From Thermodesulfobacteriota bacterium (GTDB lineage: Bacteria > Desulfobacterota > Desulfarculia > JACQYL01), in assembly GCA_963675595.2 (NCBI GenBank), contig CAXXLZ010000002.1, positions 3,424,001 to 3,488,000 of the forward strand: 64,000 bases of DNA. Direction: 5' to 3'. The first letter of the stretch is position 1; each line of letters begins with the position of its first letter. Shown in pieces: positions 28,775-37,756 of this stretch. The translations under genes were made by a program, and so were the position numbers. The notes under the pieces are model-generated. The model worked only from the letters and a program-made list of their open reading frames with translations, searched no databases and had not been told where the DNA came from.

Positions 28775-28852
28775 TATCTTTAATTTCCCCTAGTCTTATC
28801 ATGTTTTCATAATATAGGGTTATCTGAAAATCATGAAGAATTAACGGCCTGA

Positions 28853-30683
28853 CTGATCTTTGACAGTTCAAAAAAACTAATGCAGTAATTTCAGCTGCTT
28901 ATACGAAAAAGAAAGGTTTATGGCACTACGTTTTGGTGCTCCTGGAGAGTCTGCAAAGTGGGCGGCGGTTTGAGGCCGACGGCTTGGAAGATGTGGTAGG
29001 CGCGGCCCTGGAATTCCGTTCTGAGGAGGTAGGACTTCTCCGTGACCTGTAGATGGATGGCTTTGAAGGCTTCGAGGTCCAGGAGAACTTGGTCCCAGGG
29101 GATGTCGATTTCTTTGGTCTTGAGCTGTTTCTGCAGCGCGATCTTCAGGTATAGGGCCAGGAAATTGCAGAAGATGTGACCTTGAACGCGTTGACACCGT
29201 TGGTGGAACACGGGCCTGACTTCCAGGGCCGATTTGAGGTCCCGGAAGGCTCTTTCCACCTGCCACAGGCGTTTGTAGGTGACCGCGACTTCATCGGCGG
29301 GAATGTCGGTACTGGTGAGGAGAACATACTTGCCGTCGAAGCGGGCGTCGTCCTTGACCTTGGCGGGATCGATGCGCACGGTTTCCCGGTCGAGCTTGAT
29401 GAATTTCCTGAAGCCCTTGTTTCCCACCAGAGACTGGGGCCCCTGTTTTTTCAGGGTGGTTTTCAGTTTTTCCACAAGGGCCGATCGGGTGGCCTCGTCT
29501 TTGGCCGCTTGGTCTTGGTTGTAACAGAGGACGTAACGGCATCCGTTCAGATGAATCTCCTTGAACCACAAGGTGGGAGTGAGCGCTTGGTAGTAGCCCG
29601 GAGTGTCCACCACTTGGCCTCGGACATCCTGGTAACGGCGCATGGGGATGCCCACGATGTAGTCGATACCGGCACGCTCCAGTTCCACCAGATTGTCGAC
29701 GCCGACCATGCCGCGGTCCGAGACCAGGACCACGTTGTTCAGGGAGAACCGACGCTTGACCAGGGCGATGATGCGTTTGATGGTGGTGACGTCCGCCGTG
29801 TTCCCTTCCCAGAACTGACAGGAAAGGGGATATCCTTTTCGGGACATGACCACACCCACCAACACCTGTTTGCGGTCTGGACGATGGTCCTTGGAGAACC
29901 CGTACCGAGCCAACTCGGCAGGCCCCCGGCCCTCGAAGTAGACCGAGGTGGTGTCGAAGAAAACGAGATCCACCCCGTAATCGAAGAGGTCGCGCCCCCG
30001 ACGGAAAAGTTCCTTCTCGATTTCGGGCTGATATTCGGCCAGGAAATCCATGGATCGATAGAGGTGCTGAAGTTCCAGGTCGTCGAAGCCTTCACCGTGG
30101 ACGTTCTGAATCCAACGGCTCGCGGCGAGATCGGATCCCGGACGGACCAAGCGTTGGCAGACACAGGCAAAGACCGCGCGCTCCAGATCGAAGCGATAAT
30201 CGGAGCGAGAAGCGAGAGATCGGAGTACCACATCGAGCCCCAAGGTCTTCCAGAGTTTCTCGATCACCAGAACGGTTCCCCAGGACTTGGCCCAGTCTGC
30301 CTTGACACTACCTTCCTTATAAAGATTGATGACTTGATTCCGGGTGGAGAACTTGGCGAGACTGGTAAGAACCCCGTCCAAGGCACCCGATTCACGGAGC
30401 TTGTCGAGACGACCCAGTGTACATATAACTTTCTGTTTTACCTTCTTATCCTGGCGATAGTTCTCCACGATCTGAAGATATTCATGCTCGGATCCGCCGC
30501 TTTTGACCTTTTTGACGCGTGCAAACATGAAACAAATTGTACGGAATACAGGTCGGCGGAGTCAAGGAAAAAATCGGACATATTGGCACTACGTTTGGAG
30601 CCTCGGAAAAAGGCCAGCCTAATCATTTCGGTAAGTTAGGCGGGAGAGGCCCACTTTTTCACCCTCCAACTGTCAAAGATGAG
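28853..30683 (-). mobile_element. IS1634-family insertion sequence (1831 bp)
   Basis: TIR CTGATCTTTGACAGTT / AACTGTCAAAGATGAG (15/16 match); 5-bp duplication CCTGA at 28848-28852 and 30684-30688. Confidence 0.9.
28918..30528 (-). CDS. IS1634-family transposase
   Basis: FFDTTSVYFEG, GFSKDHRPD, EGNTAD, VSDRGM, YKRLWQVERAFRDLKS, RPVFH, GHIFCNFLA. Confidence 0.93.
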   Translation of the reverse strand: MFARVKKVKSGGSEHEYLQIVENYRQDKKVKQKVICTLGRLDKLRESGALDGVLTSLAKFSTRNQVINLYKEGSVKADWAKSWGTVLVIEKLWKTLGLDVVLRSLASRSDYRFDLERAVFACVCQRLVRPGSDLAASRWIQNVHGEGFDDLELQHLYRSMDFLAEYQPEIEKELFRRGRDLFDYGVDLVFFDTTSVYFEGRGPAELARYGFSKDHRPDRKQVLVGVVMSRKGYPLSCQFWEGNTADVTTIKRIIALVKRRFSLNNVVLVSDRGMVGVDNLVELERAGIDYIVGIPMRRYQDVRGQVVDTPGYYQALTPTLWFKEIHLNGCRYVLCYNQDQAAKDEATRSALVEKLKTTLKKQGPQSLVGNKGFRKFIKLDRETVRIDPAKVKDDARFDGKYVLLTSTDIPADEVAVTYKRLWQVERAFRDLKSALEVRPVFHQRCQRVQGHIFCNFLALYLKIALQKQLKTKEIDIPWDQVLLDLEAFKAIHLQVTEKSYLLRTEFQGRAYHIFQAVGLKPPPTLQTLQEHQNVVP

Positions 30684-31246
30684 CCTGACAAAGTCATAGA
30701 AAAAAGATGCTATAATTGGTACGCAAATGCCAATTGCAGCAATTTTTACAATGCCTCTTAGCATAGAATTCTTGGTATCAGACATATAAGTGTATAAAGT
30801 CCAGAAAGTCGGCCACGTCAAGGGTTGTGTTTCGCCAGTGGATTCGCTGAGTTATCTTCGATGAGGGCCGGATAATAGATGCTTTTCAGCGCCCTATCAG
30901 GAATTTCAGGTATTGTAAAGCATCAAAACGTATTCAGGCAATCCTTACCTATCGTAGCACCTGTTATTTGGGGGAAAGAAGGTCTTTTTGAAAGATAGGT
31001 CGTTAGCTCTACATATGAGTGTGTTTAGACGGGATGCTGGGCATCAAAAGGCAAGGAAACGCTTGGGCAGGGTGATCAAGTGATTCCATGCAGTTGCGGG
31101 GAATCGTTTTCGGAGCAGTGATAACGAACTATGACGCGGTGGGTCATAATGTTGCTATCGCTGAGGCTATTGGGATGTTGGACCGCGGGCTGCAAGAAGG
31201 CTATGATCGTTATGCAAGAGCTTGGCGGTTGGTCTAATAAGGCCCC

Positions 31247-31756
31247 CTACTCCGTCAACAAAAGGCCCTGTTGAGCCAGGGCTGTCTGCGCCGCCCGCAG
31301 ATCCGAGGCCTTGTCGTAATCCAGGGTGTGGAGGTGCAGCCCGTGGGTGAGAGAGGAGAGCAATGAGGTTTTCTGCGCCCTTAATCGGGCCATGAAGCGT
31401 TGCACATCCTCGGCGGTGCGCATCATCAGGTTTCCCCGCAGCTCCCCGTAGAGCGGGTGATCCACGATTACGTCCACCACCGTAATGCCCAGATTGACCA
31501 ACAGGAGGAGCTCGTCTTCGGTTTCGTGCGGGGCGTGGCGGACGGCGATCACCGTGCGGAGGCTTGAGGAGCGATGGGCTCCTTGAAGCAGGTAGCCCTG
31601 GGGCGTGGCGAGAATTTGGTTGCCTTCGGCCCGGAGGAGGGCGATGTCCTGAACGATCACCTGACGACTCACCCCGGTTCGACGCGCCAATTCTCCACCC
31701 GTAAGCCCGTGGGGGCTTTGGCGGAGTAAATCCAAAATATGGTCCCGACGCTCCAT
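31247..31756 (-). CDS. niaR: niacin-responsive repressor NiaR/YrxA (HTH + 3H domain)
   Basis: VSRQVIVQDIALLRA, ATPQGY, DHPLYGE, LT.G.HLH; adjacent to nad genes. Confidence 0.9.
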   Translation of the reverse strand: MERRDHILDLLRQSPHGLTGGELARRTGVSRQVIVQDIALLRAEGNQILATPQGYLLQGAHRSSSLRTVIAVRHAPHETEDELLLLVNLGITVVDVIVDHPLYGELRGNLMMRTAEDVQRFMARLRAQKTSLLSSLTHGLHLHTLDYDKASDLRAAQTALAQQGLLLTE

Positions 31757-31824
31757 GAGTCCTGGGTCTCTTCCCGCGAGTTGAATGGTCTTTCCGGCGG
31801 CCCTTGAAAAGGAGACGTCAAGTA

Positions 31825-31836
31825 TCGTCAAGACGA
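31825..31836. promoter_or_regulatory. palindrome, candidate NiaR autoregulatory operator
   Basis: TCGTC-AA-GACGA overlapping a minus-strand TTGACG upstream of niaR. Confidence 0.35.
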
Positions 31837-31895
31837 CCGGCAAGGCTGGCGGAGCGCCTTGCGGACTTTCCGCGGACGAGTTTGACTCCTTCTAT

Positions 31896-32990
31896 TTAAT
31901 GATAACCCAATTCCCGCGCGGCAGTCACGGCCGGCATGCGTTCCAAAGCCCGTCGGGCCCCGACGGCGATTTCCGGTTCCACTTGCACCAGACCTTCAGT
32001 TCCGCCTTCCACCACGACCTCCAGAGTCCGGAGGAGGTTGGCGGGGTCGATAAGGCCCATGTCGAAGCAAGGGGGCACGATGGGGTTCAAAGAGAGGATG
32101 GTCTTGTCCGGGTGCAGGGCGGCCAAGCGTTTCACCAAATGAATCTCCGTTCCGACGGCCCATGCGGAACCCGGCGTGGCGTTTGAAATGCACTCGATGA
32201 TCTTCTCCGTGGAGCCGTAATCATCCGCAGCCTGCACCACCTCCCGTGTACATTCCGGGTGCACGACCACTTTGATCCCGGGAATTTCACGCCTGAGACG
32301 CTCGATGTCCGATGGGGAAAAGGCGTTATGGACGAAGCAGAAACCGTTCCACAAAATCACCTTTGTTGCTTGTCCGCCCCCCAAGAGGACGCCTGATTCT
32401 CGGTTCCAGGTGCAAATTTCCTCGGCGCCCAACCCCAGGCCGTGAGCGGTGTTCAGACCCAAACAACGGTCCGGAAAGAACAGGACTCGTTTGCCTCGGT
32501 CCAAAGCCCATGTCATGACTTCCTCGGCGTTGGATGAGGTGCACACCGCTCCTCCGGCCCGACCGCAGAAGTCTTTGAGTTCGGCCGAAGAATTTACATA
32601 GGTGATGGGGATGATATCCGAACCCCACAAGCGCGCTAATTCGGACCAGCAATGGCGGACTTCCTCCGGTCGGGCCATATCCGCCATGGGGCAGCCTGCT
32701 CGGGAATTCGGCAGGAAGACCCGTTGATCGGGTCCGGACAGGATATCCGCCGTCTCGGCCATGAAGCGGACGCCGCAGAACACGATGGCTTCGGCCTTCT
32801 TTCGGCTCGCGGCCACACGGGAAAGCTTCAGCGAGTCGCCCACGAAGTCGGCATGGCGAATCACTTCGTCGGACTGGTAGTGATGGCCCAAAATGACCAG
32901 CCGTTCACCAAGGTGGGTCCGCAGCCGCTCAATGCGGGTCGCCGTCTCTTCCATCACTACGGGTCCTGTGGCACGAGCAGGCGCGTTCAC
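31896..32990 (-). CDS. nadA: quinolinate synthase
   Basis: ILGHHYQ, FCGVRFMAETA, GCPMADM, YVNSSA, CTSSNA, HPEC, VGTE. Confidence 0.95.
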   Translation of the reverse strand: MNAPARATGPVVMEETATRIERLRTHLGERLVILGHHYQSDEVIRHADFVGDSLKLSRVAASRKKAEAIVFCGVRFMAETADILSGPDQRVFLPNSRAGCPMADMARPEEVRHCWSELARLWGSDIIPITYVNSSAELKDFCGRAGGAVCTSSNAEEVMTWALDRGKRVLFFPDRCLGLNTAHGLGLGAEEICTWNRESGVLLGGGQATKVILWNGFCFVHNAFSPSDIERLRREIPGIKVVVHPECTREVVQAADDYGSTEKIIECISNATPGSAWAVGTEIHLVKRLAALHPDKTILSLNPIVPPCFDMGLIDPANLLRTLEVVVEGGTEGLVQVEPEIAVGARRALERMPAVTAARELGYH

Positions 32991-33081
32991 GAGAAATCCT
33001 CCCCAAGAAACCCCGTTGGGCCAAAGCGTCTTTCAGTACTCATTCCGGTAAAGGTTCCCTTCACAGCCGGGCATTGTGGGC

Positions 33082-33915
33082 TCATGCGACCAGCAGCTGA
33101 GTCAAATCCAACGGGGGAGCGGAGTGGGTGAGCCAACCCAGGGAGATGAAGTCCACTCCTGCGGCCGCCGCTTCGACCACGTTGGCCGGGGTAATGTTGC
33201 CCGAGGCTTCGACAAGAGCGCGACGGCCGACGAGGCTCACGGCTTCTTTCATGGTTTCCGGGTCCATATTGTCCAGCATGATGATGTCCGCCCCGGCGGA
33301 CAAAGCCTGCGAGACTTCGTCCAGGTTCTCCGTTTCGACCTCGATCTTGACCAGGGGACCCACCCTGCGTCGAACCGTTTCCACCGCCTTGAGCACTCCT
33401 CCGGCCGCACGGAGGTGGTTTTCTTTGATCAGCACCGCGTCGTCGAGCCCGAAACGGTGATTGAATCCTCCTCCCACGGAAACGGCGTACTTCTCCAGCA
33501 TTCGCAGTCCCGGGGTCGTTTTTCGAGTATCCACAATTTTCACCGGCAGGTCTTTTACGGCGTCCACCACTTTTGCCGTCACGGACGCAATCCCGGAAAG
33601 GCGTTGCAGAAAATTCAGCGCCACTCGTTCAGCGGTCAACACGGCACGGGTATCACCCGTGATCAGCGCCAACCGATCGCCCGGTTTCAGTCGACCTCCT
33701 TCCGGAACAAGGGGCTCCACCACAACATCCGGGTCGAGCATCTTGTAGGCGTTCGAAGCGGCCTCCATGCCGGCGAGGACTCCATGCGATCGGCTGATGA
33801 TTTCGGCTCGGGTTACGACTCCGGCGGGAATCAGCGCTTCGGTGGTTATATCTCCTCGTCCCAGGTCTTCATCCAGAGCACGCCTGACCGTGTCCCGCAT
33901 CCGCATGGTGTTCAT
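33082..33915 (-). CDS. nadC: nicotinate-nucleotide pyrophosphorylase (quinolinate PRTase)
   Basis: EDLGRGDITT, ERVALN, DTRKTTPG, LIKENH, MLDNM, EASG. Confidence 0.96.
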   Translation of the reverse strand: MNTMRMRDTVRRALDEDLGRGDITTEALIPAGVVTRAEIISRSHGVLAGMEAASNAYKMLDPDVVVEPLVPEGGRLKPGDRLALITGDTRAVLTAERVALNFLQRLSGIASVTAKVVDAVKDLPVKIVDTRKTTPGLRMLEKYAVSVGGGFNHRFGLDDAVLIKENHLRAAGGVLKAVETVRRRVGPLVKIEVETENLDEVSQALSAGADIIMLDNMDPETMKEAVSLVGRRALVEASGNITPANVVEAAAAGVDFISLGWLTHSAPPLDLTQLLVA

Positions 33916-35491
33916 TTTGGGTGTCGCTCCTTCTGAACGTGAATATCCGTCTGGCCAACCGCGCGGAAGCCTGGGGAAAATCGCTTCGGTAGTGGCTGCC
34001 TCGGCTTTCGGTACGCGCCGACGCGGCGGACAGGATCATACGGGCTACGCATGCCATATCGACCAAATCCACGGCCCCCGGAGGAGCCTGTGATTCGACC
34101 TCCGCCGTCTCGTGCAACGCCTGGATGAGTCCCTCGGCGCTGCGGACGAGCCCGGCATACCGCCACATGGTCTCGCGAAGAACCGTGATCAACTTCTGTT
34201 CCGCAGCGCTCGGCAAGGGAAGACACTCCGCGGGATTCCTGCCCGGGGGCAGCAAAGGTGTGAGGTCCGATTCGGAGATTTCCTTCAGCCGTCCGAGACA
34301 GGCGGGCAACGACGGATTCGATGCGATATGTCGGGCCGTTCTGTGGCTGAAGACCAGACCCTCCAAGAGGGAATTGCTCGCCAGTCTGTTGGCTCCGTGT
34401 ACTCCGGTGCGGGCTGCTTCTCCGCAGGCATGGAATCCCGGCACATGGGTGGCTCCGTTCAGGTCGGTGCGTACGCCGCCCATCAGAAAATGTGCGGCCG
34501 GCTTGACGGGCAGTTGTTGGCGGCCCGGATCCAGACCTCGTTTGCGGCACGCCTCGAATATGGAAGGGAAGCGGGACTGAAAGCCTTCTCCCATGGCCGT
34601 GGCGTCCAAAAAGACTTCTCTGCCGCGTCCCCTTTCCTGGAAGATGGCGCGGGCCACCACATCCCTCGGGGCGAGCTCCGCCCAAGGATGATATTCGGGC
34701 ATGAATCTCCGCCCGGTTTCGTCCACCAGGAGTGCGCCGTGTCCGCGTACCGCCTCGGAAATCAGGGGCAAAGGGTCTTCACCCGCGTCCAGAGCTGTGG
34801 GATGAAACTGAATGTATTCCATATCCGCGAGCTCGGCTCCCGCCCGCCAAGCCATGGCAATCCCGGAGCCGGTGCAGAAACGGCTGTTGGTCGTTCGGTG
34901 GTAGAGCCGGCCGCAGCCCCCGGTGGCCAGAACCACCGCACGGCCCAGGTATACCCTCGGGTTTTTGTCCGGACCCAGGGCAAAGACGCCTACGCACCGC
35001 CCCGCATGGGAGAGTATCTCAAGGGCTTGAACGTTTGTGTGGACTCGGGCGTTCTCCGCCCGCGAAATCATGTCGGCCAAAGCGAGGGCGATGGCCTTGC
35101 CGGTGGCGTCCCCACAGGCGGGAATGACTCGGGCCAGCCTGTGGGCGGCTTCCCTGGCGACGAAAAACCGTCCGTCGGCGCTGCGATCGAAAGGAACGCC
35201 TTTACGTGCCAATTCCCGAACGCGGGATACTCCTTCTTCCACCAGGACTCTCACGGATGCGGGATCGCACCCTCCGGCTCCGGCTCTCACCGTATCCTCG
35301 AAATGCCACTGGGGCGAATCGTCGGGGGCGACCGCGGCGGCTACGCCTCCCTGGGCCAAGGCCGTGTTGGAGTCCGTAATTTCCCCGCGGGTGAGTACGA
35401 TGACCTCCCCGTGGGCACAGGCGTCCAGGGCGCAGGCCAAACCGGCCACTCCGGACCCCAAGATTAAATAGTCCGTTGTAATGACTTCCAC
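33869..35491 (-). CDS. nadB: L-aspartate oxidase
   Basis: GSGVAGL, AQGGVAA, LATGG, QFHPT, SEAVRG, HGANRLASNSLLEG, ESRGSH; GTG start after GAGGG. Confidence 0.94.
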   Translation of the reverse strand: MEVITTDYLILGSGVAGLACALDACAHGEVIVLTRGEITDSNTALAQGGVAAAVAPDDSPQWHFEDTVRAGAGGCDPASVRVLVEEGVSRVRELARKGVPFDRSADGRFFVAREAAHRLARVIPACGDATGKAIALALADMISRAENARVHTNVQALEILSHAGRCVGVFALGPDKNPRVYLGRAVVLATGGCGRLYHRTTNSRFCTGSGIAMAWRAGAELADMEYIQFHPTALDAGEDPLPLISEAVRGHGALLVDETGRRFMPEYHPWAELAPRDVVARAIFQERGRGREVFLDATAMGEGFQSRFPSIFEACRKRGLDPGRQQLPVKPAAHFLMGGVRTDLNGATHVPGFHACGEAARTGVHGANRLASNSLLEGLVFSHRTARHIASNPSLPACLGRLKEISESDLTPLLPPGRNPAECLPLPSAAEQKLITVLRETMWRYAGLVRSAEGLIQALHETAEVESQAPPGAVDLVDMACVARMILSAASARTESRGSHYRSDFPQASARLARRIFTFRRSDTQNEHHADAGHGQACSG

Positions 35492-35616
35492 TTGACCCTC
35501 TCGAAAAGCATGTTGTTCAAGGCGGAGGCGGGGCGATCTCGTTGCATGCGAGAACCGTAGGGAAGAGTTTCGAAGAGGAGTTGTCATACCCCGCCACAAT
35601 CGAGCAGTTACTTCTT

Positions 35617-35638
35617 TACACCTGTCTTGTCAAGTGAC
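35617..35638. promoter_or_regulatory. candidate NiaR operator overlapping the nadB -35 box
   Basis: TACACCTGTC-TT-GTCAAGTGAC imperfect palindrome; minus-strand TTGACA at 35628-35633. Confidence 0.55.
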
Positions 35639-35818
35639 TTGTCGGGCCAAGGCATGGAGAATTGAGCGATCGGCAGGGCGGGATTTGCCGTGCGTTCCTT
35701 CTTTCGTTTTTAGGGTTGCGCGGGTTTTGGGGAAGTCTTCCGGAAGGATCGGAGAAAGGTTGCTCGGGAGCAATCGGCAAAACCTTTATCCGATTGTATA
35801 CGACTTCGGTGGTATTGA

Positions 35819-36517
35819 TCAGTCGGATTCGGTGTACAGTACGGCGAGAATTCGGGTGACTTGGTCGCCGCGACTCTTGACCAGATGAGGAACGGTGCTG
35901 TCGTAATAAATCGACTCGCCGGGATGAAGGACGAATTCTTCTTCGCCCAAAGTCACGTGCATTTCTCCGTCCAGAACGAAGATGAACTCCTGACCGTCGT
36001 GGGTCGACGGAACTTCCTTTTCTTCGTCGGCAGGCTCAAGGGTGACCAGGAAGGGTTCCATGTGCCGGTCCTTCTTACCCGGCGCCAAGGACTCGTAGGA
36101 GTATCCGTATCGCTTGCCGTCCTTGGACGCGAAACGGCTCAGCGGTTGGCGATCCTCTTTTCGGACAACGCAAAACGGAAGGACGGGACCGCCGGTGAGC
36201 AGATGGCCCATCTTCATGTCCAGGGCCTTGCTCAGCTTGACGAGAACTCCGAGGGGCGGAGAAACCATCTCGTCTTCGATTTCTCGGAGCAGATCAACCG
36301 GATAACCGGTTCGGGAGGCCAAATCGTCAAGGGACAGCCCTTTTTCCTTACGAATCATCTTGACCCGTTCGCCGACCCGCTCCGCCGAGTCGTTTTCGGG
36401 TCCTTCCGCGGAATGGGCGCTCACGTTATCCAGGAAATCCCGAAGTCCCTCGGATTGGTCAACCTCTTCGCGGCGGTCCAACAGTTCTTCGTAGGCGGTT
36501 TCTTTTCCGGGTTTCAC
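35819..36517 (-). CDS. XRE-family regulator with C-terminal cupin domain
   Basis: HTH (IRKEKGLSLDDLASRTG...PPLGVL) plus MEPFLVTL, HDGQEFIFVLDG, YYDSTVPH. Confidence 0.9.
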   Translation of the reverse strand: MKPGKETAYEELLDRREEVDQSEGLRDFLDNVSAHSAEGPENDSAERVGERVKMIRKEKGLSLDDLASRTGYPVDLLREIEDEMVSPPLGVLVKLSKALDMKMGHLLTGGPVLPFCVVRKEDRQPLSRFASKDGKRYGYSYESLAPGKKDRHMEPFLVTLEPADEEKEVPSTHDGQEFIFVLDGEMHVTLGEEEFVLHPGESIYYDSTVPHLVKSRGDQVTRILAVLYTESD

Positions 36518-36541
36518 TCATCCACTCCGATGCGGGCCGGG

Positions 36542-36967
36542 TCATCCGGTTTGCAGCCGTTCTTTGGCGAAAAACGAGAACGCGATTTCCATATCCATTA
36601 GTTCCGCCACCATGAGGCGGCTGACGGTTTCCTTTTCCGTGCTGACGTACATCTTGTTCTTCTTGGTATTGTGGCTTACGAATTGGAAAAGCAGTGTCTC
36701 CTCCAGGACTCCGATGAAGCGCTTTCCGTCGTCGGCGGGCATGGCCACGGTGTAGGTCTTGTCACCTTCCTCGCGACTGATTTCTTTCAGCTCTTCCGAC
36801 CACTCCTCTTCCAATTGCTCGAGAAATTCATCGCACTCGTTGATTCGTTTACAGGTCAGGCAGAACCCACTGCATGGTCCTTCATTTAGTTTCTTTTCCC
36901 GATGTTCGGCGAGAGAAATGACTTTTGCGTGGCTTTTCTCCGTAAGCACTTGTCTCTTGTTTTCCAT
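36542..36967 (-). CDS. hypothetical protein with CxxxCxxCxxxxxC motif
   Basis: 141-aa ORF with coding-like composition, co-oriented with the XRE gene. Confidence 0.7.
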   Translation of the reverse strand: MENKRQVLTEKSHAKVISLAEHREKKLNEGPCSGFCLTCKRINECDEFLEQLEEEWSEELKEISREEGDKTYTVAMPADDGKRFIGVLEETLLFQFVSHNTKKNKMYVSTEKETVSRLMVAELMDMEIAFSFFAKERLQTG

Positions 36968-37041
36968 CTTAAAGCGTTGCCCTCGTGTTCAAGCTGTGTT
37001 ACAGGTTCGCAGAATCACATTCTATCCGGTTTAGATCGGCC

Positions 37042-37641
37042 ATGAAAGAAAAAATTAAATCCATTCTCCGCAATCGCCCATGGGAGCGCATTGAATCCGA
37101 AGAATACCTGACGCCGGCGGCGGTCCTGATTCCCCTGTTTTGCAAGCAGGGAGACATGCATCTTCTCTTCACGGAGCGTACCAAGCGTGTGCGTCACCAT
37201 AAGGGGCAAATCTCTTTTCCCGGGGGTGCGCGCCACGACGAAGATACGGACCTGCTGGACACCGCGTTGCGGGAAACCTACGAGGAAGTGGGCGTGGCAC
37301 CGGACGACGTGGAGGTCCTTGGACGGCTCGACCAGAGCCGGACCATCACCAACTACGTGATTACGCCCTATCTCGGAATGATCCCCTATCCCTATCCTTT
37401 CGTGACAAACCCTGCCGAGGTGGAGCAACTCATCGAGGTTCCTTTGTCCTTCATTCTGGAGGATGCGAACCTGATCAACGATGAGGTGGACTTCGACGGA
37501 ACGCGGCTTGTGGCGGAGCAGTATCGCTACAACGGTGTGGTCATATGGGGAGCCACTCTTCGGATTCTGCATCAACTCCGCAACACGCTGGGGCACGAAC
37601 TCCAGGAAGAAACCGTTTGCGCCGACTCTCCTGAGAATTGA
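37042..37641 (+). CDS. Nudix hydrolase, CoA pyrophosphatase (NudL-like)
   Basis: AAVLIPL, HKGQISFPGG, ALRETYEEVG, IWGAT. Confidence 0.9.
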   Translation: MKEKIKSILRNRPWERIESEEYLTPAAVLIPLFCKQGDMHLLFTERTKRVRHHKGQISFPGGARHDEDTDLLDTALRETYEEVGVAPDDVEVLGRLDQSRTITNYVITPYLGMIPYPYPFVTNPAEVEQLIEVPLSFILEDANLINDEVDFDGTRLVAEQYRYNGVVIWGATLRILHQLRNTLGHELQEETVCADSPEN

Positions 37642-37756
37642 CGTGAGTGCGGCGTCTGCGGCCGTTTGCGGAACATCCGTACATTTGTCGAAGCGGCGGC
37701 CCGTCGTTTAGGCGGCCGCCCGCCCGCTCTCCCTTGATGCCGGTCCGTTCGCGCGC

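Larger units (their letters stand above)
25977..30785 (-). pseudogene. AT-rich hypothetical membrane-protein gene disrupted by two IS elements and a tandem repeat
   Basis: Segments 30785-30684, 28847-28775 and 27215-26683 join in frame (708 nt, 235 aa) when both ISs and one TSD copy each are removed; downstream ORF 25977-26441 is in the same frame if the repeat is single-copy. Confidence 0.8.

Noticed and set aside
29176-30639. 487-aa plus-strand ORF inside IS1634
   Set aside because: Antisense shadow of the transposase; no independent motifs
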